A stretch of DNA of 25,269 nt from a virus (lineage: Duplodnaviria > Caudoviricetes): positions 1 through 25,269 of IMG/VR virus record IMGVR_UViG_3300032318_002212, one strand, 5' to 3'. Positions 24,414-25,269 of the stretch are shown one piece after another. Position 1 is the stretch's first letter; every line of letters starts with the position of its first letter. The translations under genes were made by a program, and so were the position numbers. The notes under the pieces are model-generated. The model saw only the letters and a list, made by a program, of their open reading frames with translations. It searched no databases and was not told the origin of the DNA.

Positions 24414-24673
24414 TAGGCGTTGTAGGCGATGATGCGGCCGCTGTGCAGGTCTAATGCCGTGAATTTGCCGAAGAGCACGGTGCCAGCGGGGATGACTGGG
24501 GCGCTTGCGTCAGTCGTGTTGGCGATGCCGTTGGTTATGTTGCCGGTCAGCGTGTGGAACTTGGCGTCGGCCAGCACTTGCACGGCGAACCAGTCGCCAG
24601 TGCGCAGCGTTGTGTCGGCAATGTAGGTGCCGCCACTTAGACCATTCGTGATTTTGTTATTAGGGTGTCCCAT
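24413..24673 (-). CDS. Small virion protein, paralog A
   Basis: 86 aa; highly similar to 24701..24976. Confidence 0.8.
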   Translation of the reverse strand: MGHPNNKITNGLSGGTYIADTTLRTGDWFAVQVLADAKFHTLTGNITNGIANTTDASAPVIPAGTVLFGKFTALDLHSGRIIAYNA

Positions 24674-24700
24674 AGTTTTGGTTTTTAGTAAGGTGCGAAC

Positions 24701-24976
24701 TCAGGAGTTGTAGGCAACGATGCGCCCGCTATGCAGTGTGATCGCGGTGAACTTGCCGAAGAGTGTGGTTCCGGCCGGGATTGTCGCAGAGTAAAAGGCG
24801 CTGGCTTCAGCCGCTAACACCGAGCTTGGGTCGTCTGAAATGTTGGTCGTTAATATGGCAAACTTGGCATCGGCAAGGATCTGAATGGCGAGCCAGTCGC
24901 CGGTGCGGGCCGTGGTGTCGGCGATGTAGATGCCGCCGCTTAGACCGTTGGTGATTCTGTTATTGGGCAAGCTCAT
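24701..24976 (-). CDS. Small virion protein, paralog B
   Basis: Start MSLPNNRITNGLSGG (24976) by alignment with paralog A. Confidence 0.8.
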   Translation of the reverse strand: MSLPNNRITNGLSGGIYIADTTARTGDWLAIQILADAKFAILTTNISDDPSSVLAAEASAFYSATIPAGTTLFGKFTAITLHSGRIVAYNS

Positions 24977-24987
24977 AGTTTTCAGCG

Positions 24988-25269
24988 TCAGTAAGGTCCA
25001 ACATTGGCGGTCCATCGGCGGACTTGGCGCTGTTGGAACGTGAGTTTCTCGGTCTCCTTGACCAGTGACAGCTCGGCCCGGCCATACATGACCTGCGCTT
25101 TGTCGAGCTGGCCGTCCTCCGTTTGCAGGTCGCCGGTCAAAGAGAACTTGAGGTAGTCGGCCAAGATCTGCGGCACGGTCTGAGCCAGCGCCGTGGCGAG
25201 GACGGGCGAAACGACAAGACCGTTGGGATCACGCGGCTCGGCGCCGGGGGTCAACCGGAAGCGGACGTA
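24988..25269 (-). CDS. Probable head-tail connector/adaptor, C-terminal part (partial)
   Basis: Frame open to the window edge; VPQILADYL...EDGQLDKA helical C-terminus; position upstream of tail genes. Confidence 0.55.
   Translation of the reverse strand, partial: YVRFRLTPGAEPRDPNGLVVSPVLATALAQTVPQILADYLKFSLTGDLQTEDGQLDKAQVMYGRAELSLVKETEKLTFQQRQVRRWTANVGPY

Noticed and set aside
24413-24976. DGR template/variable repeat pair
   Set aside because: Both copies are intact ORFs, the differences include an indel and non-adenine changes, and no reverse transcriptase is in the window

Overview
This window is about 25 kb of a high-GC temperate, podovirus-like phage genome, apparently in its excised form because phage genes flank an intact attP. 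Almost all genes are on the - strand. From right to left: end of a head-tail connector gene, two tandem paralogous virion genes, a lysis cassette (membrane protein, holin, lipoprotein, Amidase_2), a tail stabilisation protein, a tail-collar protein, ejection proteins (one with a Peptidase_S74 chaperone) and a 2107-aa polyvalent LPD38-like protein. Next come attP, built on the 5' half of tRNA-Arg(ACG) with arm repeats, a tyrosine integrase, a lipoprotein and a membrane protein. A divergent pair of ribbon-helix-helix regulators with an operator array follows, then Xis, a TerS-like HTH protein, a replication initiator with iterons, DnaB and two glycosyltransferases. Four signals stand out: (1) a sharp G/C strand-skew inversion near 6950, with A-tract/G-run motifs pointing away from it on both sides; (2) an all-RHH lysis/lysogeny switch whose operator 10-mer recurs next to the integrase and tRNA half; (3) an attP that supplies the 5' rather than the 3' half of a tRNA; (4) heptamer arrays bracketing small accessory ORFs. 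All family assignments come from motif recognition by eye; no searches were run.
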